A stretch of 64,000 nucleotides of DNA, taken from IMG/VR virus record IMGVR_UViG_3300033146_005369, positions 1 through 64,000 of that record; one strand, given 5' to 3'. The stretch comes from a virus. Its lineage: Duplodnaviria > Caudoviricetes. Shown here piece after piece: positions 25,716 through 36,242 of the stretch. Numbering within the stretch: the stretch's first letter is position 1; each line of letters begins with the position of its first letter. The notes below the pieces were generated by a model. That model saw only the letters and a program-made list of their open reading frames with translations. It made no database searches and had not been told where the DNA came from. The position numbers and the translations under genes were made by a program.

Positions 25716-28027
25716 TATTTATTTTCCCTCACTTTTTCAAATTTAAAATTCATATCGTAAATCTTACCAGTTTGTTTAGAAGTCATTCGCAACTTCATAT
25801 TTTTACCAAATACAGACTTCTTGTTTATAAATGGTGGTAAATTTCTGCTGTACTCAAATTCCAGAGCTTCTTTACTAATTAGGCTTTGCTCTAATGTTGG
25901 CGTCAAATATAAATACCTTTTCATACTCTTGGTCTCAACCTCAACTTGATGATCCAAATCCTCGATACTAACTTCCAAATAGTTAAAACCCTCTTCGGAA
26001 TTCAAGATGACTTTAAATATTGATGATGGATTCGATATGAATCCATGATTATCAAGTCCTCTGAAAAGATACCAGTAATATGTATTAGGAAGGATCTTAT
26101 CAACAAACGCTGTCTGATCATCTGTCAAAAACTCGGCTCTCTTTTTATTATAAAATGATTGTAGGCTTACTGGTTTTTCATCTAGACGATAAATTTGTAT
26201 TTTAACAAGGTTTTCCTCAGCCTGGAATAATATTTTTTCACCAAATTCACGCTCTTGGCTCTCATATGCCTTGCTTATGATACCGATTTCATAATCAAAA
26301 GATTTAAAAACCTCGAAAAGTACACCTGAATTACTGTCAAATCGCATCAAAAGCGAATCATTTTTACCAATATAACTGTCAAATTTGACATTTGGATAAA
26401 TTGGTGGGTTATCCAACATATAAACAGAATCAGTAAAATGAGGAATTTTATAGATCCTTGTGAAATTGCTTTCTTCAAATCTCATAAAGACCATCCCACT
26501 TTTACCATTCGGGATTCCAAAGTTGGTTTCTGGGATATCTACATCTAAAAGAACTGAAATATCCTGTTCGGCGTTACCTTGAATGGCAGCTCCAACTTGG
26601 TTTTGACTAATTTGCTTTGGCCCCTTATAAGTCTTGAAATTTTTAGCATCCTCATTCATCTGGTCTTTTAATGTGTCTAGAGAAACTGTATTGCCAATAT
26701 CAGTTATCGTAGCACCAGCATTCCTAATGTACAATTTCGTCCCAATCGACACTTTGTAATCATATATCCTATATTCGTACTTCTTGTCGTATTTGACTTG
26801 TAGATCAATAAGTTTAATTTCAGAATCTTTTGTTGCCGGAATGAAATAACTTTGCATAGGTTTATTCGCAACAGTTAAAATACCATTCTGTAATACTTTT
26901 TCGTGCTTATCGATTCTATATAGCAGTGTTTCATCAAATGTAGCATTTTGTTCACCATGATATGAAATCAGATCTTTTAACGTTTTACTGTTCTCGCTTC
27001 TGATCTGAAACAGTTTCGACAATATTAATAGAAAAAGGAGAGGATTTTCTACAACCTCATTGGTTTTATAATCTTTTTCGGTGAAAATTAAACATTTCTT
27101 TTCAAGAAAATCTACATCATATTTCTCTCCACCATTAGCAATCTTGTTGAACCAAGAATCTAAATCAAATTGCTTTATATCGACCTTTATCCCATCATCC
27201 TCAAATTGTAGTGTTTCGGCAGAATTATCACTCTGTACCAGCCACAGAATCAGATCTTGGAACAGATCCGCTTCTTTTAGCGCAATATTGTATTGTTCTA
27301 TCAATTTAGAATTAAAATTGATACTGATATAAAATGGGAAAACACTCTTGAACGGTTCAACATCTTTTACAAAATCAAAGTGATCACTCATAATCACAAT
27401 ATGCTTCATCATATCAATGAAAGCAGTTTTAGAAAAGTTTTTTAAACTGTTTTCATTCTTGACATAATTTTCTAAAAACGGTTTGATATTGCCCTCATCA
27501 GCAATTTGTTCTTTCGTCTTGTAAGAGTCACCCTGTTGTTTCGGTTTGAATAAATCCTTTATAACACCGTTTTTTGAGTTTGATATTTTTGTTTTAGTCA
27601 CCTCGTTTTTTGGTGCCTTATAAATGAAGCTCATATCTTCAACACGCTTTTCTCTCTCGTGCGAATATAAATTGGGTAAGGCCAATTCTGCAACATCATC
27701 CAACATTTCTTCATATTTTTTGTGATAAAAGTTGTAATGTTTTTTGGTTGATGCTGTTAAATAACTTCCCTTTTCATTTGGCAACACTTTTCTAATACCA
27801 TTATAATAAAAAGTTTTTCCCTTGATTTGTGTCACAATCGAATTTAAAAATTCGTCTCGTTGCCCTTCTGTCTCAAACGATTCAGTATAAACCAATAACA
27901 AGTCGTCTTTCAGTTCTAGTCGTCTAATCTTTTCGTGCTTTTCTATATCTAACAATGATCTCCAAGACTTATTGTCCATTGGGAATTGTATTATTGCTGA
28001 TTTGTAATTCTTCATTCGTTTATCCAA
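25715..28027 (-). CDS. Large putative virion protein
   Basis: 770 aa within the baseplate cluster; FN3-like strand NTYYWYLFRGLDNHGFISNPS. Confidence 0.7.
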   Translation of the reverse strand: MDKRMKNYKSAIIQFPMDNKSWRSLLDIEKHEKIRRLELKDDLLLVYTESFETEGQRDEFLNSIVTQIKGKTFYYNGIRKVLPNEKGSYLTASTKKHYNFYHKKYEEMLDDVAELALPNLYSHEREKRVEDMSFIYKAPKNEVTKTKISNSKNGVIKDLFKPKQQGDSYKTKEQIADEGNIKPFLENYVKNENSLKNFSKTAFIDMMKHIVIMSDHFDFVKDVEPFKSVFPFYISINFNSKLIEQYNIALKEADLFQDLILWLVQSDNSAETLQFEDDGIKVDIKQFDLDSWFNKIANGGEKYDVDFLEKKCLIFTEKDYKTNEVVENPLLFLLILSKLFQIRSENSKTLKDLISYHGEQNATFDETLLYRIDKHEKVLQNGILTVANKPMQSYFIPATKDSEIKLIDLQVKYDKKYEYRIYDYKVSIGTKLYIRNAGATITDIGNTVSLDTLKDQMNEDAKNFKTYKGPKQISQNQVGAAIQGNAEQDISVLLDVDIPETNFGIPNGKSGMVFMRFEESNFTRIYKIPHFTDSVYMLDNPPIYPNVKFDSYIGKNDSLLMRFDSNSGVLFEVFKSFDYEIGIISKAYESQEREFGEKILFQAEENLVKIQIYRLDEKPVSLQSFYNKKRAEFLTDDQTAFVDKILPNTYYWYLFRGLDNHGFISNPSSIFKVILNSEEGFNYLEVSIEDLDHQVEVETKSMKRYLYLTPTLEQSLISKEALEFEYSRNLPPFINKKSVFGKNMKLRMTSKQTGKIYDMNFKFEKVRENK

Positions 28028-30773
28028 TTTTTATAGAAGGTGCACGATTTCTTTTTGCTTCTCTTTCAAAATCTATTTTCAAGTTGAAATCCAATTTCTG
28101 TTCTAAATCCTGACTACTGCTTTTATCTATACGTTTTTGTGTTAACACTATTTTTTTAGCATAAGTATCGCGAGTTTTTTGCTTCTCTTGAGGCGCTACT
28201 TTGACAAATAATTTTGACTTATTGGCAGATGCTATAATAGAATCTACAGCATCAATTGTATCCATAAAATCTGTCATATCTTCTTCTGTCTGTAACGTCA
28301 AAGTCGGTGCAGAAGCGGGAATCTGAATAGACATTTCTGCGACTTCTTCATGCTCATCTTGTGGAATTCTTGTCTGAGGAATCTGAATAGACATTTCTGT
28401 GACTTCTTCCTGTTCATCTTGGGAAATCCTTGTCTGAGGAATCTGAATAGACATTTCTGCGACTTCTTCATGCTCATCTTGGGGAATCCTTGTCTGAGGA
28501 ATCTGAATAGACATTTCTGCGACTTCTTCCTGTTCATCTTGGGAAATCCTTGTCTGAGGCTCAACCTCAATAAACAAATCTGGATTATTTGTTTTTTTCG
28601 TTTTAACTACCATCTTTGTCTGAGGAGTTGTAACCTTTGGTTGAGGAACTTGGACTTGAACCTTTGGTTGAGGAGTTAGAACCTTTGTCTGAGGAGTTGT
28701 AACCTTTGTCTGAGGAGTTGTAACCTTTGGTTGTGGAACTTGGACTTGAACCTTTGGTTGAGGAGTTGGAACCTTTGTCTGAGGAGTTGTAACCTTTGGT
28801 TGTGGAACTTGGACTTGAACCTTTGGTTGAGGAGTTGGAACCTTTGTCTGAGGAGTTGTAACCTTTGGTTGAGGAACTTGGACTTGAACCTTTGGTTGAG
28901 GAGTTAGAACCTTTGTTTGTGGAACTTGGACTTGAACCTTTGGTTGAGGAGTTAGAACCTTTGTTTGTGGAACTTGGACTTGAACCTTTGTTTGTGGAAC
29001 TTGGACTTGAACCTTTGGTTGAGGAGTTAGAACCTTTGTTTGAGGAACTTGGACTTGAACCTTTGGTTGAGGAACTTGGACTTGAACCTTGGGGGCCAGA
29101 AACGGTATTTTCGCTTCAAAAGAAGTATCAGGAGTTGCTTCAAATGATTCAGTCCTCTTTTCAAAGGGATTAATAAAATCCTCTTTTCCTATTATTACTA
29201 AATCTTCAGGCATACTTTGGACTTCCATCTCTCTTATATTAGAATCGACAACAAGACTTGAAATGTTTCTCTCCTTCCCAAATCTGTTTGCATTATAAAC
29301 ACCTCTAAAAACAATTGTGCTTCGTGTCGCAATCTTTGGTGTTGACAAAATCAGACGAGATATCAACCCACTAAGATTGTCTATTTTGTTTTCTAAATAT
29401 TGTATTGATTCAAATGTTGCATTGAAGGGCGCGCATAAATTAAAGACAACAGAAGTCTTTAAATTTCTCCCAAGAGAATTGTTAATTTGAACAAATTCCT
29501 CAATCATATCATAAAATTCATTTAAATATTCATTTGAAACTTTGGAAACAAAGTCTTTTTTTACCTCTTGCAACTCATAATCATAATAAAAAGAAATAAG
29601 ATTTATATAATTTTTATAACTTACACTTATCTCTTGTAAACGAATCAAGTACAAATTCAATTGTTTATAGGTCGGATCTTCAACTGTAATCTTGGCTATG
29701 TACCTATAATAGCCATAATTTTTGTCTTTTACTCCACTATCTCGTAAAACAAATCTCCTCAAAGACCGATTTGAAGACGGGATCTCTCGTAATGAATCAC
29801 TTGAAACTGATAATCTAGAAGGAAACGTTAACCAATCAGTTGTCTGCTTATTCGGAATTGGTTTTAAAAGCATTTCTCCAATAGAAGCAACTGTTTCAAC
29901 TACATTTTCAATCTCATGCTCCTTATCAACAAAAGTCTGTACTCCAACTTTGTTAAAAGTATATAACCAATCAAGTCTGTACCTGCCAACTTCTATGTTC
30001 AATATTCGCGCTTTAGAAAGCAGACCTGGATCATATTCAAACAAGTTTGGAAACAAAGTAGATTTTTCCATTAAACGTTTGAAATCAATATCAAAAACGA
30101 TTTCAACCCCGTCTGATGAATCGAATTGTTCACGAATCATGAAGGTTTTTTCTTCATTTGTATTATTTGTAAGAGATATTTTTTTATCAAAATCAGAATC
30201 TTTTTTGGAATGTATTGTCCAATCTGGAACTGTTACAATATCAATTTCCCTCCCAGAAAGTGTTAACGCTGTTTTTGAACTTTCATCTATTACAAAATTG
30301 CCATTATAATTTTTATCATCAAGTGACAGGATATCCTTCGTCGTTTTTATTGTACCATTTTCATATACTTTTTGACTAGTTGTTCTCCCTGTTTCGTAAT
30401 CCTTTAAGAAGCTGCCATATTTTGCATCAATTGAATGTTTATTAATCAAACCTTCCAAATCAAATTCGAGACGACATGAAATCTCATAATCTTGTACAAT
30501 ATCATCAATTTCAGTATCGCATTCAATTTCATAAGATTCTTTTTTCGCATTCATATTTGGTAAAGCCAAAGTTTCGACTTTAGCGATACCATTTTCATTC
30601 TTTTGGAAAATACCTATTTTAACAAAATCCGCCACTTCTTTGTTAAATAACCATTTGTTCCCCTCTTTTTCTAAAGAAATAGTAGTTGTTAACTTGGTCT
30701 TTTCTATTTGTTCTCCTTCAACATCTACTCTTTTTATAGCCAAATCGGGGATTTTTCCCATTTTATTTAACAT
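28020..30773 (-). CDS. Large putative virion protein with Pro/Gln/Val/Thr-rich and 20-aa repeat arrays
   Basis: 917 aa; globular N-terminal part, then 20 PQ[PT]K units and four PQTRI[SP]QDE[QH]EEV[AT]EMSIQI units. Confidence 0.78.
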   Translation of the reverse strand: MLNKMGKIPDLAIKRVDVEGEQIEKTKLTTTISLEKEGNKWLFNKEVADFVKIGIFQKNENGIAKVETLALPNMNAKKESYEIECDTEIDDIVQDYEISCRLEFDLEGLINKHSIDAKYGSFLKDYETGRTTSQKVYENGTIKTTKDILSLDDKNYNGNFVIDESSKTALTLSGREIDIVTVPDWTIHSKKDSDFDKKISLTNNTNEEKTFMIREQFDSSDGVEIVFDIDFKRLMEKSTLFPNLFEYDPGLLSKARILNIEVGRYRLDWLYTFNKVGVQTFVDKEHEIENVVETVASIGEMLLKPIPNKQTTDWLTFPSRLSVSSDSLREIPSSNRSLRRFVLRDSGVKDKNYGYYRYIAKITVEDPTYKQLNLYLIRLQEISVSYKNYINLISFYYDYELQEVKKDFVSKVSNEYLNEFYDMIEEFVQINNSLGRNLKTSVVFNLCAPFNATFESIQYLENKIDNLSGLISRLILSTPKIATRSTIVFRGVYNANRFGKERNISSLVVDSNIREMEVQSMPEDLVIIGKEDFINPFEKRTESFEATPDTSFEAKIPFLAPKVQVQVPQPKVQVQVPQTKVLTPQPKVQVQVPQTKVQVQVPQTKVLTPQPKVQVQVPQTKVLTPQPKVQVQVPQPKVTTPQTKVPTPQPKVQVQVPQPKVTTPQTKVPTPQPKVQVQVPQPKVTTPQTKVTTPQTKVLTPQPKVQVQVPQPKVTTPQTKMVVKTKKTNNPDLFIEVEPQTRISQDEQEEVAEMSIQIPQTRIPQDEHEEVAEMSIQIPQTRISQDEQEEVTEMSIQIPQTRIPQDEHEEVAEMSIQIPASAPTLTLQTEEDMTDFMDTIDAVDSIIASANKSKLFVKVAPQEKQKTRDTYAKKIVLTQKRIDKSSSQDLEQKLDFNLKIDFEREAKRNRAPSIKIG
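28318..28560. repeat. Four tandem 60-bp repeats, alternating A-B-A-B
   Basis: Units start at 28321, 28381, 28441 and 28501 (atctgaatagacatttctg...cttgtctgagg). Confidence 0.95.
28614..29094. repeat. Composite 21/27-bp coding minisatellite
   Basis: Blocks encoding PQPKVQVQV, PQTKVQVQV (27 bp) and PQTKVLT, PQPKVTT, PQTKVPT, PQTKVTT (21 bp); 20 PQ[PT]K units counted from the translation. Confidence 0.95.
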
Positions 30774-31720
30774 ATTTCGTTACCGCCATCTAAATCACTA
30801 TCAATTTTGTCATATACATTACTAGTATCTATCACAATAGGAACATTATCTAGACAATCGATATCCTCATCCAAGAAAATATTTTTATTTACTTGTTTTT
30901 TAACATGCTTACAAAGAATGCGTGAATCTATCTCATCATCATGCTTAATCGAAAGATAAAATTGAGCATATTTTTCCTTTTCTTCATCACATAATAAATC
31001 ATAATTTTTAGCAAAAGGCAATTTTTGTAAAATTGTTTCATTTGTCTCTTCATCTAAATCATATGTGAATAATTCAAATTCAAAATTTTCTTTCAAATAA
31101 TCAGTATTGTGTTCCATTATCTCTAGCAAAATATAATCACTAGTAACCTTGAATCTCGTCCCATCATCAAATGGTTCCGAAAAGTACTCCAAATAAGCCT
31201 CCTCATCTGTGTACTCTCCTTCGTTAAATTGCGAAGAATATTCTTCATCAAGGGCTTGTTCAGAACTCTCTTCCAAAGCAATAACAAATTCTGGATCTTT
31301 CATATTCAGTTGAGCAATTTTAATAGGATGTGAATTGCCTTCCAAAAATTGTTCAACAGTGTCCAACTCGCCTTTATAAAAAGTTACTTCAACCGCTGGC
31401 GCATATAAATTACCAATTTCTGCATTGCCCAAAACTGACTCAGCAAATCTTAGACCCTCTTTAGAACCGCCCTCAATCTTTCTTACTGTTGAATCAGGGC
31501 TTTCATAAGTTCTAGCTGGACATAATTTTGGGGTTGTTTTAATACGATTTCCAGCAGCACTCTGACATTCTTCAAAATTCCCATTGCTCGAATTGTATAA
31601 AATATCATCGTCAACAAATTTATAATAAACAGGTTCAAAATGACCTGTTGCCAACTTCTCTTTGCCATGCCTCGTTAAAATAAATTGGAGTACTTCTTCT
31701 TTTTTATCGTGAAATGACAT
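30767..31720 (-). CDS. Baseplate/tail-collar structural protein, N-terminus paralogous to 24801..25715
   Basis: ILTRHGKEKLATG...YKFVDDDILY. Confidence 0.6.
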   Translation of the reverse strand: MSFHDKKEEVLQFILTRHGKEKLATGHFEPVYYKFVDDDILYNSSNGNFEECQSAAGNRIKTTPKLCPARTYESPDSTVRKIEGGSKEGLRFAESVLGNAEIGNLYAPAVEVTFYKGELDTVEQFLEGNSHPIKIAQLNMKDPEFVIALEESSEQALDEEYSSQFNEGEYTDEEAYLEYFSEPFDDGTRFKVTSDYILLEIMEHNTDYLKENFEFELFTYDLDEETNETILQKLPFAKNYDLLCDEEKEKYAQFYLSIKHDDEIDSRILCKHVKKQVNKNIFLDEDIDCLDNVPIVIDTSNVYDKIDSDLDGGNEIC

Positions 31721-34700
31721 TTATTCATCCTTCCCAGTAACTTTTGTCACCAAACTTATCTTGGCCAATTCTATCATAGAAAACTCATCATAAGGCCAAT
31801 TATAACTAAAATCTGGGATATCTGTTTTCAAGGCACCCTTTTTTCCTTGTTTGAAATTGAATTTGTATCTCTCGTCATTCAAATTCGTCTCTAACATTTC
31901 CCAATAATTCGTTTTTGCACGCTGCTTCACTTTAAAAAATAACCATCGTGTTTTATCATTCGGGGCGAATTCTCCTAAATCAAATAGGACATCTTTTTTC
32001 TCGAAATTTAAATGAGACCATGGTGCAATGTTTTGCCAAATATGACTCAAATCTTCCTTTGTGAACCTAAAATCAAACTCGATTGTGAAAATTCGAATTG
32101 CATCTTTGGTGAACTTCTTGTTCCTTTTTAGGTCAAATCGTGGTGGGAAAACAAACTTGTCATATACATCTTTATCAACTTCTTCTGAAGGAATCTCATA
32201 AAAAATCTTTTCATAGTTGCTATATTCAAAAGGGATTGCCACAATTGCTTCATAAAACACTTTTTCATCTGCGATTTCACCAATTTTATGACGCTTTTTG
32301 GCGAATCCTACCAGATCCGCTAATGAACCAGTCTCGCCACCAATCGGAGTTTTCATAACTTCTGCAATATCTGAAATTTCTAAAACTAATCCACTCTTAT
32401 CATCTGAAACGATTGAACCATATTGATGCCACATCCCCTTTGCAATTGATCCAGAACCGTATTCAGGGATTGTTTGCTCGCAATCACTGAAATCCAAAAC
32501 AGGCGTTTCAAACTTTGTTTGAATAACCCATTGAGCACCATTCGACGAATTGTCCTTAATAATGCTAGGAATACCTTTTTCATCATATTCTACATCTTTA
32601 GCACCAGCAATTGAGAATAAGTTGACCGAAGAGGATATCTCCATTCTGTTGCGTGCTGATAAACCATAACTCATACCTCCAGCACTTGGATAATTGAAAG
32701 TTCCACCTCTTCCGGTCTCTGGTGAAAAATAAGTTGCGCAATCCCATCCATAACGCAAATACTCAACTTCTATTTCTTCAAAAATTTCCGCCAAAGTATA
32801 TTTTTTGACACTTGTTGGAGTAAATTTGATTCTTGCTAATCCAGGACCATCATAATATGGTGGAGTGTAAGGTGCATATCCAAGAAAGGGAGCCGCTACA
32901 TCTTTCTTTACAAGAGAAGTAGGATTCCCGAATGCTTTTCTATTGTCGTAAATTGTTATTGAACCATCTGACCCACTTTCATAAGGTGCCAGGTTGGAAC
33001 CAGATGTTACCGTTTCTCCACGCTCAAATTTGATTTGGTCTTCTTTATGGAGAATTACCAACATTTCATAAACTTCAACACTTCCGTCAACAAGGCCAAA
33101 ATTAGGGTCGGTATCTTTTAGCGACCTTGCCGACGTTAAATTCCCATCCTTCAAAAAAAAGTTGGGCACTTCCGCAAAAAAATTGTTTGCTGCCAATTTG
33201 TAATCATTGCTACCTTGTCCGCCCCAAGATGCTGATAAATCAGATGAAGCACTGCTGTGTGTCTCAGAATCGACAACTTTTTCAACTGTCCCATACAAGC
33301 TTGGCTCAATCAACGTTTCAAAAGGTAGTCGATAATGGAAATCTTCATCTTCAATAACGGGATATGGGTCCAATAATGTATGTGGGTATTCTAATTGATG
33401 TGTGTAAATATAGTCTGTATCATTAATCGTGAATTGTCCAGAACCAGTCATTATTGGATAGTCAACAGCCACACAAGATTTGATAGTATTAAAAAGAATT
33501 CCTGGGCCAAATAGTGGATCATAAAAAGTTCTACGTGCAACTTGAGCTTGAACATCAGAGAGACTATAATAATCACCAACATTCCCATTACCAGCTCCAG
33601 ATCCAGTGATATAATCTCCATAAGAAGTGCTAAATTTTTCTACAAGTGACAAAGTTTGCAAAACAGGATACAATTTATCGTAAGGCAAAAATTGATTTAA
33701 TGTTTCCAGTTTTAAATAATGCCTCACATGATAATCATGATGGTCATCTTTTGTAAGCCCATCATTAGTGACAATATCAGAAAGCATATATCTTTCTTCA
33801 AAACCAAGATTTTCAGAAGTTCCAAGGTCACTTCCACTTAACACAAATGAGCCACTAATTTCCTTAAAATAGTCGCCATCGTATGTCGATAAATGTTCAC
33901 TAATTCTAAATTCTGGGATAAGTGAAAAATCTTTCCCATGGTTTTTTATCATCTCGTTATAATGTCTGTATGATTCTACAAATGGGCCAATTCCTGCCTG
34001 GTCGGCTGTTTCCCATTTTGTATCGCCAGCTAACAAAATACCTTTATGAGTTTCTTCGATCTGTGCTCTTGCATACAGAGGAGTTGCCCTTATTGCTGCT
34101 GCATCAATATATGTTGTTGCAATCTGGTATTTATGCGCAACACCAAATTGTGATTTTGATTGTAATTCTCCTTCCCAAGTGCCACTTATAATTTCTGTCC
34201 AAGCAGCAGAACTAAAAACGAATCCACTATTCGTCTCAAACTCCTTTTTCGCATCAAGCGGCCAAACACTTTTTTTATGAACATAATAGCCTAAAGCATT
34301 TTTGCCGTTTAACACTGGATCGTCGTGTATAAGAGCGTAAGCACCACCCAAAAGCGACATATAACTTTCAAGACTATTTCTTTCGTCCCTATCACTGTCC
34401 CAATAGCCAATTTCAAAATTGCTTCTTATGCGATTTTGCTCTGTCCCTATGAATTTACCTTGGGGAAATAGATTGTCGGTTATTTCAAGCTCTTTCAGCT
34501 CATCATTGCCAAATTTGTACTTGTCATATACAAATTTGTAATTTTTATCTATAATTTCCAAATTCCCCATCTTTTGGCACAATTTTTCATTTGCAAAACG
34601 TTCATATTCATTTTTATATGAATATTCATAATGATATTCTCTTGTGGAATCCAAGATGGTATGCTTAAAAGTTTGATTTGAATCGAAAATAGGCTCTACG

Positions 34701-35089
34701 AAATAAGAACTTGTTTCACGTTCAGAAGCAAATTGGCCACGAACTCCGATATTCTTAATTTCATAGGTCTCTTCATTCGCAATATCATATTGATTGTATC
34801 TTCTCCATGATTTAACACGAGGATGATCCTGGTTGCGGATCTGTTTCCAATCTGTCCATCCCCAAAGTAAATTGTTAATCCGTTGATAATTGTGAAAAGT
34901 AGAAGTAGCCGCATATTCAGGCCCATCCACTTTTCCTGACCTATAAATTACCTCTCCTCTAAAAACAAATTCATACGGCCAGTATTCAGGAATTGTTGCA
35001 AAGTCATCATCAAGACGAAGGACGAAAGATGAAGATTCTGGGTTTCTTTTTGCGGCATCTACAACTTCCAATTCATAACTGTCACTCAT
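31721..35089 (-). CDS. Large baseplate-region structural protein
   Basis: 1122 aa, Gly/Ser/aromatic-rich; position in the baseplate cluster. Confidence 0.7.
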   Translation of the reverse strand: MSDSYELEVVDAAKRNPESSSFVLRLDDDFATIPEYWPYEFVFRGEVIYRSGKVDGPEYAATSTFHNYQRINNLLWGWTDWKQIRNQDHPRVKSWRRYNQYDIANEETYEIKNIGVRGQFASERETSSYFVEPIFDSNQTFKHTILDSTREYHYEYSYKNEYERFANEKLCQKMGNLEIIDKNYKFVYDKYKFGNDELKELEITDNLFPQGKFIGTEQNRIRSNFEIGYWDSDRDERNSLESYMSLLGGAYALIHDDPVLNGKNALGYYVHKKSVWPLDAKKEFETNSGFVFSSAAWTEIISGTWEGELQSKSQFGVAHKYQIATTYIDAAAIRATPLYARAQIEETHKGILLAGDTKWETADQAGIGPFVESYRHYNEMIKNHGKDFSLIPEFRISEHLSTYDGDYFKEISGSFVLSGSDLGTSENLGFEERYMLSDIVTNDGLTKDDHHDYHVRHYLKLETLNQFLPYDKLYPVLQTLSLVEKFSTSYGDYITGSGAGNGNVGDYYSLSDVQAQVARRTFYDPLFGPGILFNTIKSCVAVDYPIMTGSGQFTINDTDYIYTHQLEYPHTLLDPYPVIEDEDFHYRLPFETLIEPSLYGTVEKVVDSETHSSASSDLSASWGGQGSNDYKLAANNFFAEVPNFFLKDGNLTSARSLKDTDPNFGLVDGSVEVYEMLVILHKEDQIKFERGETVTSGSNLAPYESGSDGSITIYDNRKAFGNPTSLVKKDVAAPFLGYAPYTPPYYDGPGLARIKFTPTSVKKYTLAEIFEEIEVEYLRYGWDCATYFSPETGRGGTFNYPSAGGMSYGLSARNRMEISSSVNLFSIAGAKDVEYDEKGIPSIIKDNSSNGAQWVIQTKFETPVLDFSDCEQTIPEYGSGSIAKGMWHQYGSIVSDDKSGLVLEISDIAEVMKTPIGGETGSLADLVGFAKKRHKIGEIADEKVFYEAIVAIPFEYSNYEKIFYEIPSEEVDKDVYDKFVFPPRFDLKRNKKFTKDAIRIFTIEFDFRFTKEDLSHIWQNIAPWSHLNFEKKDVLFDLGEFAPNDKTRWLFFKVKQRAKTNYWEMLETNLNDERYKFNFKQGKKGALKTDIPDFSYNWPYDEFSMIELAKISLVTKVTGKDE

Positions 35090-35090
35090 T

Positions 35091-36242
35091 TTAATCTCCC
35101 AAATTTCTTGTTAACCAGGAATAGTTATCACCACTTGGAATAGATGCAACTGAACTTGTCTCGTCTTGTCTCAATTGCTCTTTCACCTTTAAATTGCGAT
35201 AATTAATATTCTCAAAAGGTGTGAATTGAGCAGTAGCTAAGTCGGCTGAACCACCGCCATACGGATCATTAAAGGAGCCAGATTCACCGGGAGAATGGAA
35301 ACGCTCAATAATTGTACTCTCCTCCTTAGGTCTAACTTTTTTAATGTATTCTGACGTATTTTTATATGGAATTGAACCACAATAAGGGAATCTACCTCCA
35401 CCAGAACCACCAGTCAGTTCTACTCCCAAATCTGCAACATCATCGTCAGTTAATGCTTTCTTGAAAAATGTTATTTCATCTATCCCGCCACCAAATGTTG
35501 GAAACGAACCATTTATTACTCCTCCGATACTCAAATTCGCGCTATCCCAGTCCAATGTATTAGCTGGAAATGCTGAAGAAAACTTTTCCCCATCAATATA
35601 TAAATGTTTCTGACTTAAGTCTCTGTCGCACACAATTACAATATGCTTCCAAGAGTTGTCGTTTGTAGAAGTACATCCCGCATCTGCCATTAAGGCGTTG
35701 AAGCTACCGTTGAAATAAGTTGTAAAAGTCAATCTACCAATATTATAATGATAAAGATAAAATGAATCAGTTGAACTAGCCCTTCTGGCACCTAGCAGAC
35801 TTTTGCTTAAGTAATCATCAGATGCATAGAAATTTGCCCATAGTGATATCGACCATGATGAATTCCCGAATGTATCAATATAAATCCCATCTTTATCAAT
35901 AAAGAATTCGTTACTGCTTGTCACATCGAATAAGTACCCTCCCTCAGAGCCATTTATGAGAGAGCCGGTAAATGGATTGAATTCTTTTTGTGCTACGAAA
36001 TTGAATTCATCAGTGACAACATCCCCTCCAACTGCCTGCAATTCAGAGCCGGATTCGATGAAACCTTCATCCATTCTCAAATGAGCTATAATATCACCAA
36101 TTGGTTCAACAACATCGGTAAAATAATTTGGCTCAGATGATTCAACATCAAAATAAAAATCTTTATTCTCCGCGAACCACTTGTTTTTGCTCCCGCGATT
36201 ACCAACTGAAGCAATTTCGTAATCCTTTTTATAATTCGACAT
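35091..36242 (-). CDS. LamG/concanavalin A-like domain structural protein
   Basis: AHLRMDE...SWSISLWANF...WKHIVIV...LYIDG...LSIGG...FGGGIDEITFFKKALTDDDV (about 35427-36092). Confidence 0.8.
   Translation of the reverse strand: MSNYKKDYEIASVGNRGSKNKWFAENKDFYFDVESSEPNYFTDVVEPIGDIIAHLRMDEGFIESGSELQAVGGDVVTDEFNFVAQKEFNPFTGSLINGSEGGYLFDVTSSNEFFIDKDGIYIDTFGNSSWSISLWANFYASDDYLSKSLLGARRASSTDSFYLYHYNIGRLTFTTYFNGSFNALMADAGCTSTNDNSWKHIVIVCDRDLSQKHLYIDGEKFSSAFPANTLDWDSANLSIGGVINGSFPTFGGGIDEITFFKKALTDDDVADLGVELTGGSGGGRFPYCGSIPYKNTSEYIKKVRPKEESTIIERFHSPGESGSFNDPYGGGSADLATAQFTPFENINYRNLKVKEQLRQDETSSVASIPSGDNYSWLTRNLGD

Noticed and set aside
28318-28560. Possible DGR template/variable repeat pair
   Set aside because: Differences are not confined to adenines, copies are tandem, and no reverse transcriptase is present in the window.
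28298-29298. Repetitive alternative-frame ORFs and a possible CRISPR array
   Set aside because: Repeats abut with no unique spacers, are multiples of 3 bp and lie in frame in a 917-aa gene; no cas genes.
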